DNA of 64,000 nt from positions 769,131 to 833,130 of the forward strand of contig NMRA01000018.1 in assembly GCA_002633005.1 (NCBI GenBank). Direction: 5' to 3'. Position numbers and translations under genes: made by a program. The DNA is from Phoronis australis. Taxonomy: Eukaryota; Animalia; Phoronida. Below the pieces are notes generated by a model. That model worked only from the letters and a program-made list of their open reading frames with translations, did no database searches and was not told the origin of the DNA. Below, one piece after another: positions 50,037-63,450 of this stretch; position 1 is the first letter of the stretch, and each line of letters opens with the position of its first letter.

Positions 50037-50914
50037 CTGAAAAGTAAACGAAAGAGACTTCAATTCTGAAAAGTAACCAGCCTCTGAGGTTACAAGCACC
50101 ACTTGTCATAGACCTGTAAGAACTGCACTATCACCATCGACGACTTAAAAGGACAAAATGCCGAGTTAGTTCAGTCACAGTTGTTCGATTGGTCTCACTT
50201 TGTAGATATTATCATAAATCAGATTGCGGGTGATTTCTAGTTTTACAAAGAAAAGACAAAGCGATATTGGTAAAAATGAGCTCATTAAGTTCCAATTCTT
50301 TGTGTTGAGATAGGAGCGCTTCAAATTTGGCTAGAATGTGTTGAAAAGAGATGTGTTGGTGACGTAGTTGTTAGCAGCTGGAGACAAGGCACTGCTTCAA
50401 AAGGTTCCCAATCTGCAGAGTGACAGACAAAGCGATAAGCAGTGAGTTTGAGACGTTGTTTTGCCATGCTAAATTTATTTTTTAAACTTGAAGTTTGCCT
50501 ACGGCAAAAGAGCTAGCCTGAGCAGGTATGCGTGGTGAGACATTTTCTCGCTACCTATATGTAACTCCTAACGCCCAAAGGCAGGTCAGACACACCTGGG
50601 GCATGTTTCTCTAAGAGTGAATTTGCTTTTGTTTAATGGCTCTCGATTACAAAATCAGAATAGGGACGACTAAACTCGTTTCACGAAAATCAGGCTTAAG
50701 TTGATAGTTTGAAAATGGGTCCACAGTTCAAAGTCAAAAGAATAAATCCACGGTCTATTCGAGCAAATAAAGAAAAGACAATATGCTTTGACGAACGCAA
50801 AAGACAAGAAATTCAAGTTTTGACTATTCGTAGCATACATGTACTTCTGACCAGAACAACCCTCGAGGTAGGATGAAGTGTTTCAGAAGAAAAAGGGAGC
50901 TTTAACGTGTTTAC

Positions 50915-51553
50915 AGGAGAATGCTACCTAAAAATAACCTATTTTGTATCGATTTAGATCGAGTAGTTCCACTCGATAACAGCAAATTCAGTTCTACCTG
51001 ACAGCTGACGGCAGACGAAGGTGTTGGAATTAACCAATGACGTCACGGGTTCGAACGTAGTCTATTCAGCAGTTCACAACACGCTTATTAGTGTCAGCTC
51101 TTCGCTTGAATTCATCAATTTACACCAAAAATCATCAAAATTCGATGTAAAACCCTTACATATACGTCGCGTTTTGGAACAAACGTGCTGTTATATTGCG
51201 TACCGTAGTCCACAAAGTCAGGAAGGCCAATTTAGTAAAGGACGGTGACGGGAGTTTGGAGTCTATTCGGGGATAAATTCAAATTATTCTTCCGTGAAAT
51301 ATAGACAGGAGAACATATCTGTGTATTGTAATGTTAGACTTCCCACTTTTCCAGTTCTAAACACACAAAACGCTTGCGTTCCCGGCCAGTGGCTCGGAAC
51401 CCGATCATGCCCGGCGCGGCCGGACTGAAGACATCATGAAAATAAACCAGCCATAATTGGAAACTAAACCTGCAATCACGAAAAGACTATACTAGTGAGC
51501 CAAAGAAATAATGTGCACGCGATTATTTTGGTGAATTAGCCGCGAAACTGCAT
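50915..51553 (+). mobile_element. Left part of a second copy of the Kolobok-type family
   Basis: Starts AGGAGAATGCTACC and is collinear with 35059-35464 and 63451-64000. Confidence 0.75.
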
Positions 51554-51554
51554 A

Positions 51555-52160
51555 TTCAAAAAATTCAAATTCAAATTCATGTATTTCAACATTTAAGGCC
51601 TTGGCCCACATGTTACATAAAATTTACAGGATAACGCTGACCAGCTTTTCCCTGAGAGCAGCGGCGTGAAATACAAATTTCATTAGATTAATCTGAGCAT
51701 TGGGCTCCGACATTTTCATAAGTTTTACAAATTTATGTTTATTTGGTTCACGCCAGCACCACTCAGGTATAAATGCAGTTCTCAGAGAGCAGTACATTTT
51801 ACAAACACATATAAAATGGTATTCATCTTCAATTAGGGACACACAGAAACAACACACACGGTATTTTTGGTCCACGAGAGTATGTCTACCTTTCTCTATC
51901 ATCAAGTTGTGGTTGGAGCAACGTAATTTTGCCATAGCTGCTAAAAAGATATATGGAATATCACGCAACAGATAGGATTCCATTTCAAAATCAATTTTAA
52001 ATGAGAAATATGTATTAAGTTTTGAGCTATTCTCCACAGCAAAGCTCCAGTCTTGTAAAAAACAATCTTTAATTCGCTGCTCAAAAATGACAAGAAACGA
52101 TGCTTCGCAGCCAACTCCCTGATTGTACCATACCAAACCAAAACCATACCTTNTTTTCAT
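51555..52160 (-). mobile_element. 3' end of an RTE-X-like LINE with (ATTTGA)n tail
   Basis: Open frame YGFGLVW..QG, FEQRIKD..LQDW, KLRCSNHNLMIEKGR, CCFC..IEDEYHFICVC. TCAAAT repeats at 51555-51580 are the minus-strand tail. Confidence 0.8.
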
Positions 52161-52161
52161 T

Positions 52162-53563
52162 GAATTACGGGATCCCGTAATTTAATAATTTGGTCATGCC
52201 CTATTAAGGAAGTGACGTTTAAGGGGTTTATAATTTCCCGCCATTTTATTTTTTTGGGTTCGAATTCACTGTGAGAAACTTTTGTTTTCGTGCTGGTTTC
52301 CTAAAACTGTCGTCACCACGACGAGTTATCCACGATCAGTTAAGTTCTAAGAAAAAAATGGACTAGTAATAAATACGAATTCTGGATGTTGTTGTTGTTG
52401 TACGTCGTCTTGGAGCAAACTTGACTTTACCGAAGTCCATCAGTGTCTTCACCGACTGAAAGGTGAAGAGCACGACACTAGACATGGTAAAAGGTACCTC
52501 GGTCATCCCACGGAGGGAGGAACAACTGTCTCACTTGCCCTAGTATAGTGTCCCGCGACGCATTCCCACTGGATACTGACCTGAGCACTGAGCACCCGAG
52601 CAAACAGCTTGCATCCCACCTTAAAATACAGTAGATCCAATACTTTAGTCAAAACCACAATAAACTCATCAAAGTTTGGCTCACGGGCCTGACCACTGGA
52701 CGACGAACTGTCGTTTTCACAGGGTGACGAACAAGGCCTGCATTCACTGCCACAACTCAACATTGCTGCAGGGCTGGTTAAAGGCTCTGGCTGACGACAG
52801 AACAAGTACAGGGCGAATCACTGTTAGTTCCCGGAATTGCACGCACTGGGGTACGTTTGGAGGCATTGGTGACAGTGGCTGAAGGGTCTCAAGCCATAGC
52901 TTGCGAGGCTTCTCGCTTCAAAAATGCTTTTCTCTGAGGTTACGACGGGCCACTGCCGGGAATCAACAGCGACGGTATGGCACCCTTCTTCAGGCGTTGT
53001 TTTGCAGGAACCTCCCTCACTTCAGCGAACATATCTCTTAAGAAATCCGACTGCAGAAAATGCTTGCCTCATTCTCGGTATTTCTCCAGCTCCTTTGGAC
53101 TATGGACCACCACGGAAATAAGTTGTTGTGCAGATGATGTGCATAGTTATTTCATAAAATTTCTTCTACCTTGAACTTATTACTGTATTTATTGTTGTAA
53201 TTATGCATATTATCAAATAAATTAATAATATTAATAATGATGCGTTGCGTGGACGGGTCACACATCAATGAGCCGAGTGTGTCATCCGTGAGAAAGCGAC
53301 GTAATGGTACACCCAAAGTGTGCGTGAGACGATAATGAATGCATCCTGGTACACAGCAACCGTGCCGTACATGTATGTTAAGTGATTCCTTTACAAACGC
53401 AAACGACGACCGAAATCATAACAACCGAGGTAAAACAATGACTTACTCGACGGCTCCCACAGTAAATCTTTATGAAAACAAAATGACGATAAATTCTAAC
53501 CCCAAAACGTCACTTCTGGAATAGGGTATGACTAATTAATTTAATTACGGGAAGCTGTAACTA
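52162..53563 (-). mobile_element. Internally deleted THAP-transposase DNA element with ~80-bp TIRs (Kolobok-like protein)
   Basis: 52162-52246 is the imperfect reverse complement of 53480-53563. Minus strand: GCCVPGC..GVPLRRF, KHFLQSDF..RLKKGAIPSL (THAP), then FIVV..VLDLL..WECVAGH and SKTTY..IQ.SYL. Confidence 0.65.
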
Positions 53564-53649
53564 ACTGAAAACTATGTCTGGGATAATCAGTGAATCGTAT
53601 TTTGACGAAAATGACATGAAAAGGGTTATTATTTCTCCTTTAGAACTTA

Positions 53650-54500
53650 GCTTGCATTTTCTCTTCACGGGCTTATATGGGTAGGACTGATAACAAGTTG
53701 GCGGCACAAGCTAGGAAGGTATGTTTTCTATAATAGAAGTTGATGGATCAGACAATGGTTTAGATTACAAATTGCCATGCAATTTTCTTATAAAACAATA
53801 GCACCCGTATTGTATTATGGTTCAGAACGGTGGGCTTGTCAGACCTACAGTAGCACTGAGAATGTGCCGATCAATTTTCGTAAAAATATACTTAGATAAA
53901 AATAATACTTCTAACTTAGCGGTTGCTGGAGAATTTGGGAAAGATTCCCGTTGTGTGAAAAATTTGCTCAAAATACCAAACATCACCGATAGCAGACTTC
54001 CAAAAGAATGGTATGAACTTATGAGCCACCTGGCCGACTCACGTCAAACATTTGTAATAAAAATATGGATTTAATCACGTTAGGGCCCAGCAAAATGGGT
54101 AATAAAGCGCAGAATATCTTCGTATTTAAACAAAGGCTAAAAGATTATTCTTTGCAAGAATAGGAATGCAATAGTAAATTAACATTTGTTTGATGATGTT
54201 TTTTTTTCAAATTATCTGTGCGACGCAATACTTTGAAATAATGGAAAATGCAAATCTTAGAAAATTCATACATAAAATTAGATGTTCTAACCATTGGTTG
54301 GAAACTGAAGCACGGCGAGGTCATATAGATAGAGAATTTGAAAACTGTGATTTCTCAAAGACTTGTAATTCCTGTAAATGAGGATAACTTCAGTTTTATA
54401 ACACACTGCTCTTTAAATGGTAGTTTCGAGATAAGTTTATTCCCACTTTCAATAATTTCACTTATTCTTTCCAAAACTCGCCAAACATATTGCTTCATGT
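53650..54500 (+). mobile_element. Highly degenerate RTE-X-like LINE fragment
   Basis: YGSE, SNLAVAGEFG, SRLPK, YGF, FKQRLKD and KIRCSNHWLETE in broken frames. Confidence 0.7.
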
Positions 54501-55393
54501 ATTTGACGGTCACCATACCCTTAAGACAATAGAGAGGTTTAGCAAAGCGACGTGAATGTGAATTATCACGTATATACAATTCTGCGTCATACATGCCGTT
54601 GTTGGCTGTGACGTAATCCCGTTAGTGTTAGCGAATTTTACGCGAATACAGGAACATTCGCGAAACCTGTAGCCCCTTTTTAATTTTTTTTGGCAAGACA
54701 TCGAAACAATTTTTATTTTGATTGGGTTCTCTTTGCTTCAGTACAAAATAAACACGACTCTTTTGTCTAAAAATGTTCTTAAAGTATATTTGTAAGAAAG
54801 CATCTTTTACAAAATCCTTATTCTGCCTTGGTTCGCTAAATATAATTTTGTATTTTCAATTTTTTAAAGGATTAATTTACATGCAACTATTTTTTTCAAA
54901 CTGCCAACAAATATCACATTCTAAGACTTGACCATTTCTCGCAGGAGTTCGTAGAAACGATTTTTTAACATAAAAGAAGTTGCATCGGCAGAGTGACTCT
55001 TAAGTTTTTTGTATTCTAGCTGACTTGTACTAGGCTAGAATAACTGGACACCCTGAGCTGAGTTATTCAGTTCAACTTTACTTTCATGTTCACGTAAACG
55101 TTTAGCTGTTGCGAAAGCCATTTTTGTTCCTGTAACGTGACTCGGCAAGTTCAATTAAGTATGCGTGACAATTCACGTTCACGTTACTTTGCGAAACTTG
55201 TCTAATGCACGAAATAATGCATCATCCTGCACTTGGAATATATCGTCATGCATGTATCTTGGTTACCCAGGATAGCAATTTCTTGGCTGCGTCTTTCACA
55301 ACACATTGTGGCTCCCCCACACATAGATATGAGGCAATTGACTCATATCCACATTTCAGCTCTGCTAAAGGTAACAAAATAATGAAAACTTAC

Positions 55394-55470
55394 CGTAAGA
55401 GTATAGGACGAATGAAACTAAACTCGCGGTGGCGATGAGAACAACAAGACAGACTCTAAGACGCTGTATC
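55394..55470 (-). CDS. Exon encoding a hydrophobic signal anchor/signal peptide (IQRLRVCLVVLIATASLVSFVLYSY)
   Basis: CTGTTTTCACAG| acceptor and consensus |GTAAGT donor. 77 nt, phase 2 to phase 1, compatible with the ShKT exon. Confidence 0.6.
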
Positions 55471-56424
55471 CTGTGAAAACAGACGAGGCAAATACTTTAG
55501 TTGTTAAGACTATCAATTTTAGGCGCTTTATACAGGTGTGACATGCGACGTACTTTGATTTAAAAACAGATCACGAAGTCATTCTTTCCGGTGTTGTCTG
55601 TGTTAAGCGGCCTCAAACAACTGTCGAGCATTTCGCCCGTCAGACCGGCTCACACCACGTCGAAAGTGTGAAAACACTGGGTTGCGTTGCGGCCGATAAC
55701 GAAACGTTAGTGTTTTAATCAAGGAAACAAAATGCATTGCCGTTCACTGATCTATCTTGCTGATACCGGAAGTAGACAGCCACTCGAGTTTCATGAAGTT
55801 CCGCGGTATGACGCTAATGTATTTGAAAACATTTGAGTTTTTTTAGCAACGGTCTCGCGATATCACAATTTCAAAGTCGAAATACCGTTTCTTTTGACCA
55901 CGACAAACTTTGTGGTTGTCGGATACGCTGATTGACCGAACTGAAAAGTTGCTTCCTCAAATGAACACCCCGCGCGCTCGCCCAGTTCGGCTAAAATTTA
56001 GACGCAAACGGCCATAGCTTGGGTAATCGCCCAATCTCGACTTTTGCCAATTTTCGGTTTAAGCGCCCACATGTCCAAAACTGCTTGAAAATGTTTTACC
56101 ACTTTATTCGGTAACCTGGAACCAAACTAACCAGAAAATATGTGTAGGAAAAATCATTATAGACAAATATTACGCAAACCGTTATCATATACATCTTACA
56201 ATAGCCACTGTTTACACACAGTACAGTTGTTACGTAATTAAAACCAAACCAAATATTTGTAATGTTTGCAATGAAAGAAGAATTAGTCGTGCCATTAAGA
56301 AAGATGAAAAACAAAGGAAACCATTAATCAGTTTTGTTTCATTGTTCTGTTTGTGTACTACCAAATCGCACTTCATTGACATGACCCAGTACAACGGGTG
56401 GCGTAAAACTGAAGGTGCCCAAGT

Positions 56425-56784
56425 TTGTCGAAAAGCATAAGGATATGGGCAACTTCAGAAAAGCTTTGGTGCTTCTTCTGCCACAAAGCTGAACACCAGA
56501 CTAGAAACTGCCGGAAGCTGACTCGGGTGAAACAACACCAAAAGTCTGCTGCCGTCAATTATCTATGTTTCACGAGAGACAAGAGGGAGCCAGTGAAAAG
56601 TACTAACAATGAACACGCCTTCAGAGGAAAGCTGCGTCTGAAGGATGGGAATGTCGCTTTGAAGAAGGTCCTAGGGCTAGGAGACACAGGATGCTGCCTG
56701 TCGCCAAGACCAACATCGACACACAGTACTAAACTGGGGGAAGTGCTCGCGATGTGCATTCTATATACGCCATTTCTACAGTGA
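56425..56784 (+). mobile_element. LTR retrotransposon gag-protease fragment
   Basis: Zinc knuckle CFFCHKAEHQTRNC (CX2CX4HX4C) followed by VLGLGDTGC (protease DTG). Confidence 0.7.
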
Positions 56785-57474
56785 ACTCAAAATCTTACTC
56801 ACTGGCCAGTGGCGAAAACCTGGCGAATGATATACGAACTACTCTTAACAATAAGGGCTAATGCTACGCTCAGTCCCAAAACTCATAAAATCATCCACGT
56901 GAGCTTAAAGGTTTCAAAAACGGACAATTGCTACACAAATAAAAAAGTTCATGTTCATTCAACGTTTCGTCTATTCATTAGACATCATCAGGATATATGC
57001 ATATCTGTTTCATACAATCATACAAATACAGAATAGGAACCAGTTCCTATTGTTGTTCTCTGTAACATCTAGACCACCATCGATTTGTTTTGAAACAGCT
57101 AGTCGTACGCAAACATTCTTATTGATACAAAAGATTTCTCCTACATTTTACTAAGTGCGCAGGACCTTGCAAGACTCTTGCCACCCGTGTTTTATTGCTA
57201 CTCAAACACACAACTCGAACCAGTATTTTCTGAAAATAGGCCTACCCAAACGTTCGCCCATTGGCAGATTTTCTGAAAGTCTTCGAAAAGTACGCCCATG
57301 AACTTAGGTTCTGTATGTGTTTGCATATTTTGAAAATCTGATGGTTGGTTCTAAAAGATGCATGAAAAATGTTTTGATGAAAAATATTTTTGGCAGGACA
57401 TATTTTTGAGATCGCGATTTCACTCACTTGACAATCATTTAACAGATATTGGGTAACTTTGTTGTTAAACTTAC

Positions 57475-57498
57475 CGTATTAAGTACTTTGAAATCAGC
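57475..57498 (-). CDS. Candidate 24-nt micro-exon (LISKYLIR) upstream of the TM exon
   Basis: CTTTAACCTTTCAAG| acceptor and |GTAAGT donor. Phase 2-2; CG+G makes Arg with the next exon. Confidence 0.3.
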
Positions 57499-58029
57499 CT
57501 TGAAAGGTTAAAGATAATTATTTGATTTAAAATGGCATCATAAATATTCGAAACAGTTTCCGACAATACACCAGGGCGAATATCCAAATTAAATCGACGT
57601 TTCTGAAAAGTCGTTTTCAGAATATTCGCCCATGGGTGTAATTTCGGAAATTCTCTGTACAGCCGTTGCAGGAATGAATATCTATGAGTGGTGTGATAGT
57701 GATGAAGCAACTGAAGCTGGGCGTATGCATGCAGTCATTCGTATTCATACAAACAATTCCTACGTGACACATCGCCATCAAGTCAAAAAGCAAAAATGGG
57801 TACCCAGACATTTTTGGCAGTACGTCTATAAGGTTTTGTTGTTTCATGCACAGGAGTCCCTCTCAGCTGTGTTGTCATCTTGACATCCATAAGCATTTTT
57901 GAATATGAAAATTTAGACAACCCACACGAAAAAAAAATTTTTTTTTTTGCTTACTTATTGCAGCGCCATTAGGTCCCTGGGACTCTGTGCGGAATTGCGC
58001 CTATGTAGGAAACTTAGGCGCGTGCGAAC

Positions 58030-60997
58030 CACTAGGGTAAAAAGGTCCACCAGTTCGGAAATAGACACATGGGCTTGAAGACACGGCCATACAGTAATAC
58101 AAAACTATTGATTAAATTTCTTGAAAATACGCCAAGGAACTCCAAAGATACCCAGGTAAACGTACAAAAGTTGCCACTAGGAGGCACAGCGATAGTCAAC
58201 ACAAATGCGCCTATATGCAAATTAAGCTGAGGACCTATGCAAGAGGCATTACCTGGGCTTTTATACAACATTTTTGGACATGTGCCAATATGCCGAATTA
58301 CTTGAGTAAAAAGGCCGCGAAAAACGTAGGCCAATATACATGTATGGGTCTAGAGAAGCGCCAATACGGCATGCCTTCCTTAAAAAAACTGCATGCAGGT
58401 AAGTCATTACGATGAGTAAATACTATTGATATCTGCACCGAAGTTTCTATGGTGTAATGGATTTCAGGTGGGTGCATCGCAAATTTACATAATTAATGCA
58501 AGTTAAGACCGACATTATTTAAACGTGAACTTGCGCTTATAGCAGCAGTGCCTGGCACCACATTTAAATAACATTGACACTTGCACCCAATTTCCCAATG
58601 ATTCAATGACATCAGTGCGCAGGTCATTACATCATACATTTTGCAAGTTTTATGCAAATGAAGTACAGCCATGGATTAGAAACAGGCTGAGTGCATTTAT
58701 GTGCTCTCATAACATGGCGATTTATGCATCCATTAAATCCAATAAAAACTCATCCGTTGGTCATATAGAACTGTTAGGAATGCAAATTAATAGCCATGGA
58801 GAAAGGGTTGTTTCGGTAATCAATACTCAAGATCTTCAGTCTCATAAGCGTCATCGTCGTCAACGACATTCTCCACAGAATGGATTTCAACACCCACGTG
58901 CGCAATATAACATAGTTGGTTCTTGTGCAGGGGACAAACTGGTAATTTTACTTGTGGGTTATTGGACGTAATTTCCCTATCTTTTCGCTAAGTCAAAAAA
59001 CCGTTTGAAAGCCAAGACGAGGAAGAGGAAGCACACAAGTTTGACTATTACAGACAACTCGCCAATCGTATATGCGCATAATAATTTCCCAGTAACCAGA
59101 AATGGGCACCTATAAATTCTTGTTAGTGTAAGGTTTTTGGATATTTCGTGTCTAGGTACCCCGCTCCCCTGAATCGTTTTAGCAGTGTTGTAATCTAGAT
59201 CTATCCAAATGTCGTCCTGTCAAATGCAATCAAGATTCTGCAAAGGGTTTGGGAGATACAGACAATGACGCGAAAAACAGCCACTTGAAGGTACCGCAGT
59301 AGGCCGAGTCGTCCGAAAACCATCATCAGCTGTCCACTTCACAGTAGAAACATAAACACCAATTTTCAAAATCATCCATAAATTTGTTTGGTTGATTAGG
59401 GGGCGGACGCCAGAAACAGACTAGAAAACAGTAAAAAACGGCCACTAGATGGCGCATAATGCGTCGAATCTATTCGAAAATGAGAACACGCCATCGGTTC
59501 CTTAATAGAAAGCCGATTACCAAAATTCAGAAAAATCCCTCTTGGAAATTCAGAGGAAAACGGAAAAATGAAATTTCCACTAGGGGGCACAGCGTTCGTC
59601 GCATCCGTCTAAAAGTCGTTGTCGTCCGTTGTCAACTTATCAATACACTTCTTAAATTCAACAAAGATTCGGCAGAGCGTTTAGGAGAAACGAAGAATGG
59701 TGAATGTTGGCCAAGACCCTTTTGTCCACCTGACGTCACATGCACGCTGCCGTCTCTAGTGGAGGTCAACGAACAGAGATCATGGACCAGTTAGTGGAAA
59801 CAAAGGAGACTCCTTTGTAGAAAACCTAGTGGCAATGGAGCATGGTAAACGAACCGATTTGTATTGTAGGACGTTGAGTCATTTTTTGTAGAAACCAAAT
59901 GTCCGAAAAAAATGAGTGATTTATAATATTAACTTCATGTAGATAATTGTAATGTCATATTGATGGTTATCAGTCAGTTAGGAGTTGTGGAACGTTGAAT
60001 AACCTGCCTTAAAAAGTGCTGTAGCCGGTTCTTGGGAAAATATTAAAATGTGGGGATTCATAATTCATTAAAAACGTTCTGTGAAAAATATTCCGTGTGG
60101 TGCTGATATTTTGTGTTGAAATTGATAATAATCGGCACAACTGGTAACTCGACTCAGGATGAAGACACCATTTGTACGCCAGGCCACAGTCAGTGCTGTT
60201 CTTCAATGGAACTATTTACGGATATGTTGGCGAATCTTTCGCAAATGTGAGTCGATTTTGAACAAAAACATACCGTTTTGGTCGACATAACTTTCAAAAC
60301 TTTAAAGAAAATGAAATAACCGAATGCTCGGCCACAAATCCAGTCACAGACGGCAGACGTCTTTTCACTACCGTAAATCAAATGAGAAGCTGAAATATAA
60401 ACACAACCTCTGCATACTTGTAACGTGGCCGTTCGCCGCTACAGCGGACGCAGGACTTCAGCCACTCAACTGAGCAAAATTATTTATCATGCCGCAACCT
60501 CAGAAGTCACCATGTAACATATCACAAATACATTCTTAAATTAAATTTTGAGGATTGACGAAAGTCTCAATACGGAGAATTATTTGTAACAAATCTACCT
60601 GTGACTCGTCTGATGTTACTTGTTGGTCCGTACTGGTAGGCTAAATCAGAGGTTAACTCGGTTCGCGAATTCTCATGGCCTCCACTGGGGGCGCCAGCAT
60701 GCGTGTGACGTCAGATGGACAAAAGGGTCCTGGTCAACAGTCATAATTCTGCAGGAAATACAGCCATGGCCGCAAACATAACAGCCGCTAGGAAGCCTCA
60801 CAGCAGTCGAACTCGTTGGAAAATCATGGTCAGCCGTCCTCATCGGAGAGCCAATTTTCACAATTATCCTTAGAGTGGCTTGGGTGATAGACTCGAAAAC
60901 AGTAAAAAATAGCCAGTAGGGGGCGCAAAATACCTTGAATCCATTCGAAAACAATAGAACAGCGTCATATCACTAATAGATGCCTGTCGGCCAATTT
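58030..60997 (+). repeat. Diverged family A-related fragments (58030-58330, 59220-59690, 60755-60997)
   Basis: The unit motifs GCCACTAG, GGAGATACAG and GAAAACAGTAAAAA recur. Confidence 0.6.
59694..60750. mobile_element. TIR element (~75-bp TIRs) inserted in a family A fragment, possibly hAT-derived
   Basis: GACCCTTTTGTCCACCTGACGTCACATGCACGCTG is inverted at 60698-60730. The host unit resumes after 60750. Weak BED-finger-like traces on the minus strand at 60160-60370. Confidence 0.6.
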
Positions 60998-61523
60998 NNN
61001 NNNNNNNNNNNNNNNNNNNNNNNNNNNNNNNNNNNNNNNNNNNNNNNNNNNNNNNNNNNNNNNNNNNNNNNNNNNNNNNNNNNNNNNNNNNNNNNNNNNN
61101 NNNNNNNNNNNNNNNNNNNNNNNNNNNNNNNNNNNNNNNNNNNNNNNNNNNNNNNNNNNNNNNNNNNNNNNNNNNNNNNNNNNNNNNNNNNNNNNNNNNN
61201 NNNNNNNNNNNNNNNNNNNNNNNNNNNNNNNNNNNNNNNNNNNNNNNNNNNNNNNNNNNNNNNNNNNNNNNNNNNNNNNNNNNNNNNNNNNNNNNNNNNN
61301 NNNNNNNNNNNNNNNNNNNNNNNNNNNNNNNNNNNNNNNNNNNNNNNNNNNNNNNNNNNNNNNNNNNNNNNNNNNNNNNNNNNNNNNNNNNNNNNNNNNN
61401 NNNNNNNNNNNNNNNNNNNNNNNNNNNNNNNNNNNNNNNNNNNNNNNNNNNNNNNNNNNNNNNNNNNNNNNNNNNNNNNNNNNNNNNNNNNNNNNNNNNN
61501 NNNNNNNNNNNNNNNNNNNNNNN
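60998..61523. other. Assembly gap (526 N)
   Basis: Run of N. Confidence 1.
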
Positions 61524-61668
61524 ATTTGGCGCCCACACCGGTGGTTTCCAGGTTCCACCAGTTTGGTGGCCCCGGCGCCCATATGGGGCCCTCTCGGCCA
61601 CCCTCCTTCAGCTGGAGGATCAGCTGCCCTTCCCTGAACCCTACTTGCTTCGCACCTGATCACGTGTC

Positions 61669-62160
61669 ACCCTGGTCCCCAAGCCTCCAGATGACTGTGA
61701 TCGGATTAGTCATTTGAGGCTTGGTTTTGGGAAATACCTCCTGCGCAATGGTTGTCCGCAGCTTCACGTCATTAAAACAAAGGCAGATTTTATTTATTTT
61801 CACAAGCGTTGTTGCTGCCATCCATGAAGCAGAAGGCATTGTTTTTGGTTATTGTATGAAATAAAGGTTGTTAGCGGACTTCTTTTCAATTCCTTTTTAT
61901 TAGTATCATAGAATGTAATATGTTTTCGAATCAAAATATATCATTTTTGCAATAATTTAGACCGAAACTGCTGCAATATACCGTTAGTTTTCACTTTTAT
62001 ATTCTACTGCAAAAATTTCGAAGTTGATATAACTTTATTTTACTTGTGATATTCCGTCGATTTCCGTAAAAATTTGGCAGAATTCTGACACATTTCATTT
62101 CCCATAACCAAGCCTACATGTAAACCGATCATTGCCATCTTCAGGCCTGGGGAAGAGGCT
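61669..62160. mobile_element. Uninterrupted MITE, paralog of 17097-19701
   Basis: CCTGGTCCCCAAGCCT...AGGCCTGGGGAAGAGGCT TIRs. Confidence 0.75.
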
Positions 62161-63450
62161 AATCATGTGTGAGTCAAGAAAAGTCAAGTTCACACCAAGA
62201 CACGAAGCCCACAGTCTGACCACCCCTCAAGCTGTAATGGGCTATTCTGTAACGCAAGGGATCAACAGAAGGACAACTTGCCATGGCGTAAATGGTGTTG
62301 CGAATGACCGAAAGAGTCGACACTGCCTGTCTAATCTCATTTTGAATATACCCGCATTTAGGCCGAGCAAGCACAGCAACGTAGATTTTCTGAACGCTTT
62401 CATCTTAATTAAATCTGATATGTTATAAATAATTATTACAACGTGGGTTTTAAACAAAGAGTCGATTCTACGTCGAACACAAAGATATCTTTTCCACATA
62501 AATTCGCCGCTCATCAGGAACATACACTTTCTGTTCATGAAATCAACTCGTGACCTAGCTGTGGCTAATTTTACACCATCCGTGTGACGTCAGCAGCAGC
62601 AGAATGTAGGTCGAGGTGCTTGGTCAAGATTCTCCATCGAATCGTGAGTGGCGCGTTTATATAAATTTTATTCGATTACGGATTGTGTATTACTTATGGG
62701 CCGGGGTAGGTACTTCTTGGATTCTTATAACATCCTCAAACCATGTAATAAGGACTTTGACGAAATGAAGATAGTTGCAATAATGCCAGTCGCAGAAAAT
62801 TCTGAGCTGCGGTTTATGGGAAGATCGTGGGATAAAAGTACATGTAGCTCTTACACGTTTCTTATATATAACTAGCTGGAGCCCGTTCGTCGCCGGTAAA
62901 TAATTTAGTTTACTCAAGGAAGAGTAGTTTTTAATCACACTAATTTTGTGCCAAATCTTATATGTTCATTTTTTTCCACATCGGTGCAAAGCTACATATC
63001 TTTAGTAGGTACGCTTTGCACCAAGAAGAACACTGACTACATAACACTGTTGTCACACATGAAAGCATGAATGCCGTTCTAGATGAGATCAATCTTATTT
63101 GATAACTGGAAAACGTTTAGCCATTAAAAGAAAAGTAGCATGTTATTCTATACCATTCCAACGAGGCAAAGTGTTAACATCGGCACCAGTTTCGAAACAC
63201 TCAGTCAAGTTCAATGACTGTCATCTCGGTTGACTTAGCTAAACACCTGATCTGATGCGGGACAAAGTGTACAAATGCCTGTCAAAGGTACTGACAGGGT
63301 TTGCATCAATCCCAATGACGTCAGCATCTGCCGTGTTTTTTTTACTGTTGAAAAGGAGTTTTTTATCTGACATGGCTTGACTTCAATATGGCGCTCCCCA
63401 GCTATTTTGTGCAACTTCACGTAGCTGCTTTAATTTTGGAGTTTAATTAA

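Noticed and set aside
55268-55365. Open minus-strand segment (ELKCGYESIASYLCVGEP..) as an extra exon
   Set aside because: It would need a ~28-nt intron after the TM exon, and no domain is recognisable.
60870-61717. Long ORFs of 187-245 aa
   Set aside because: Artefacts of the N gap.
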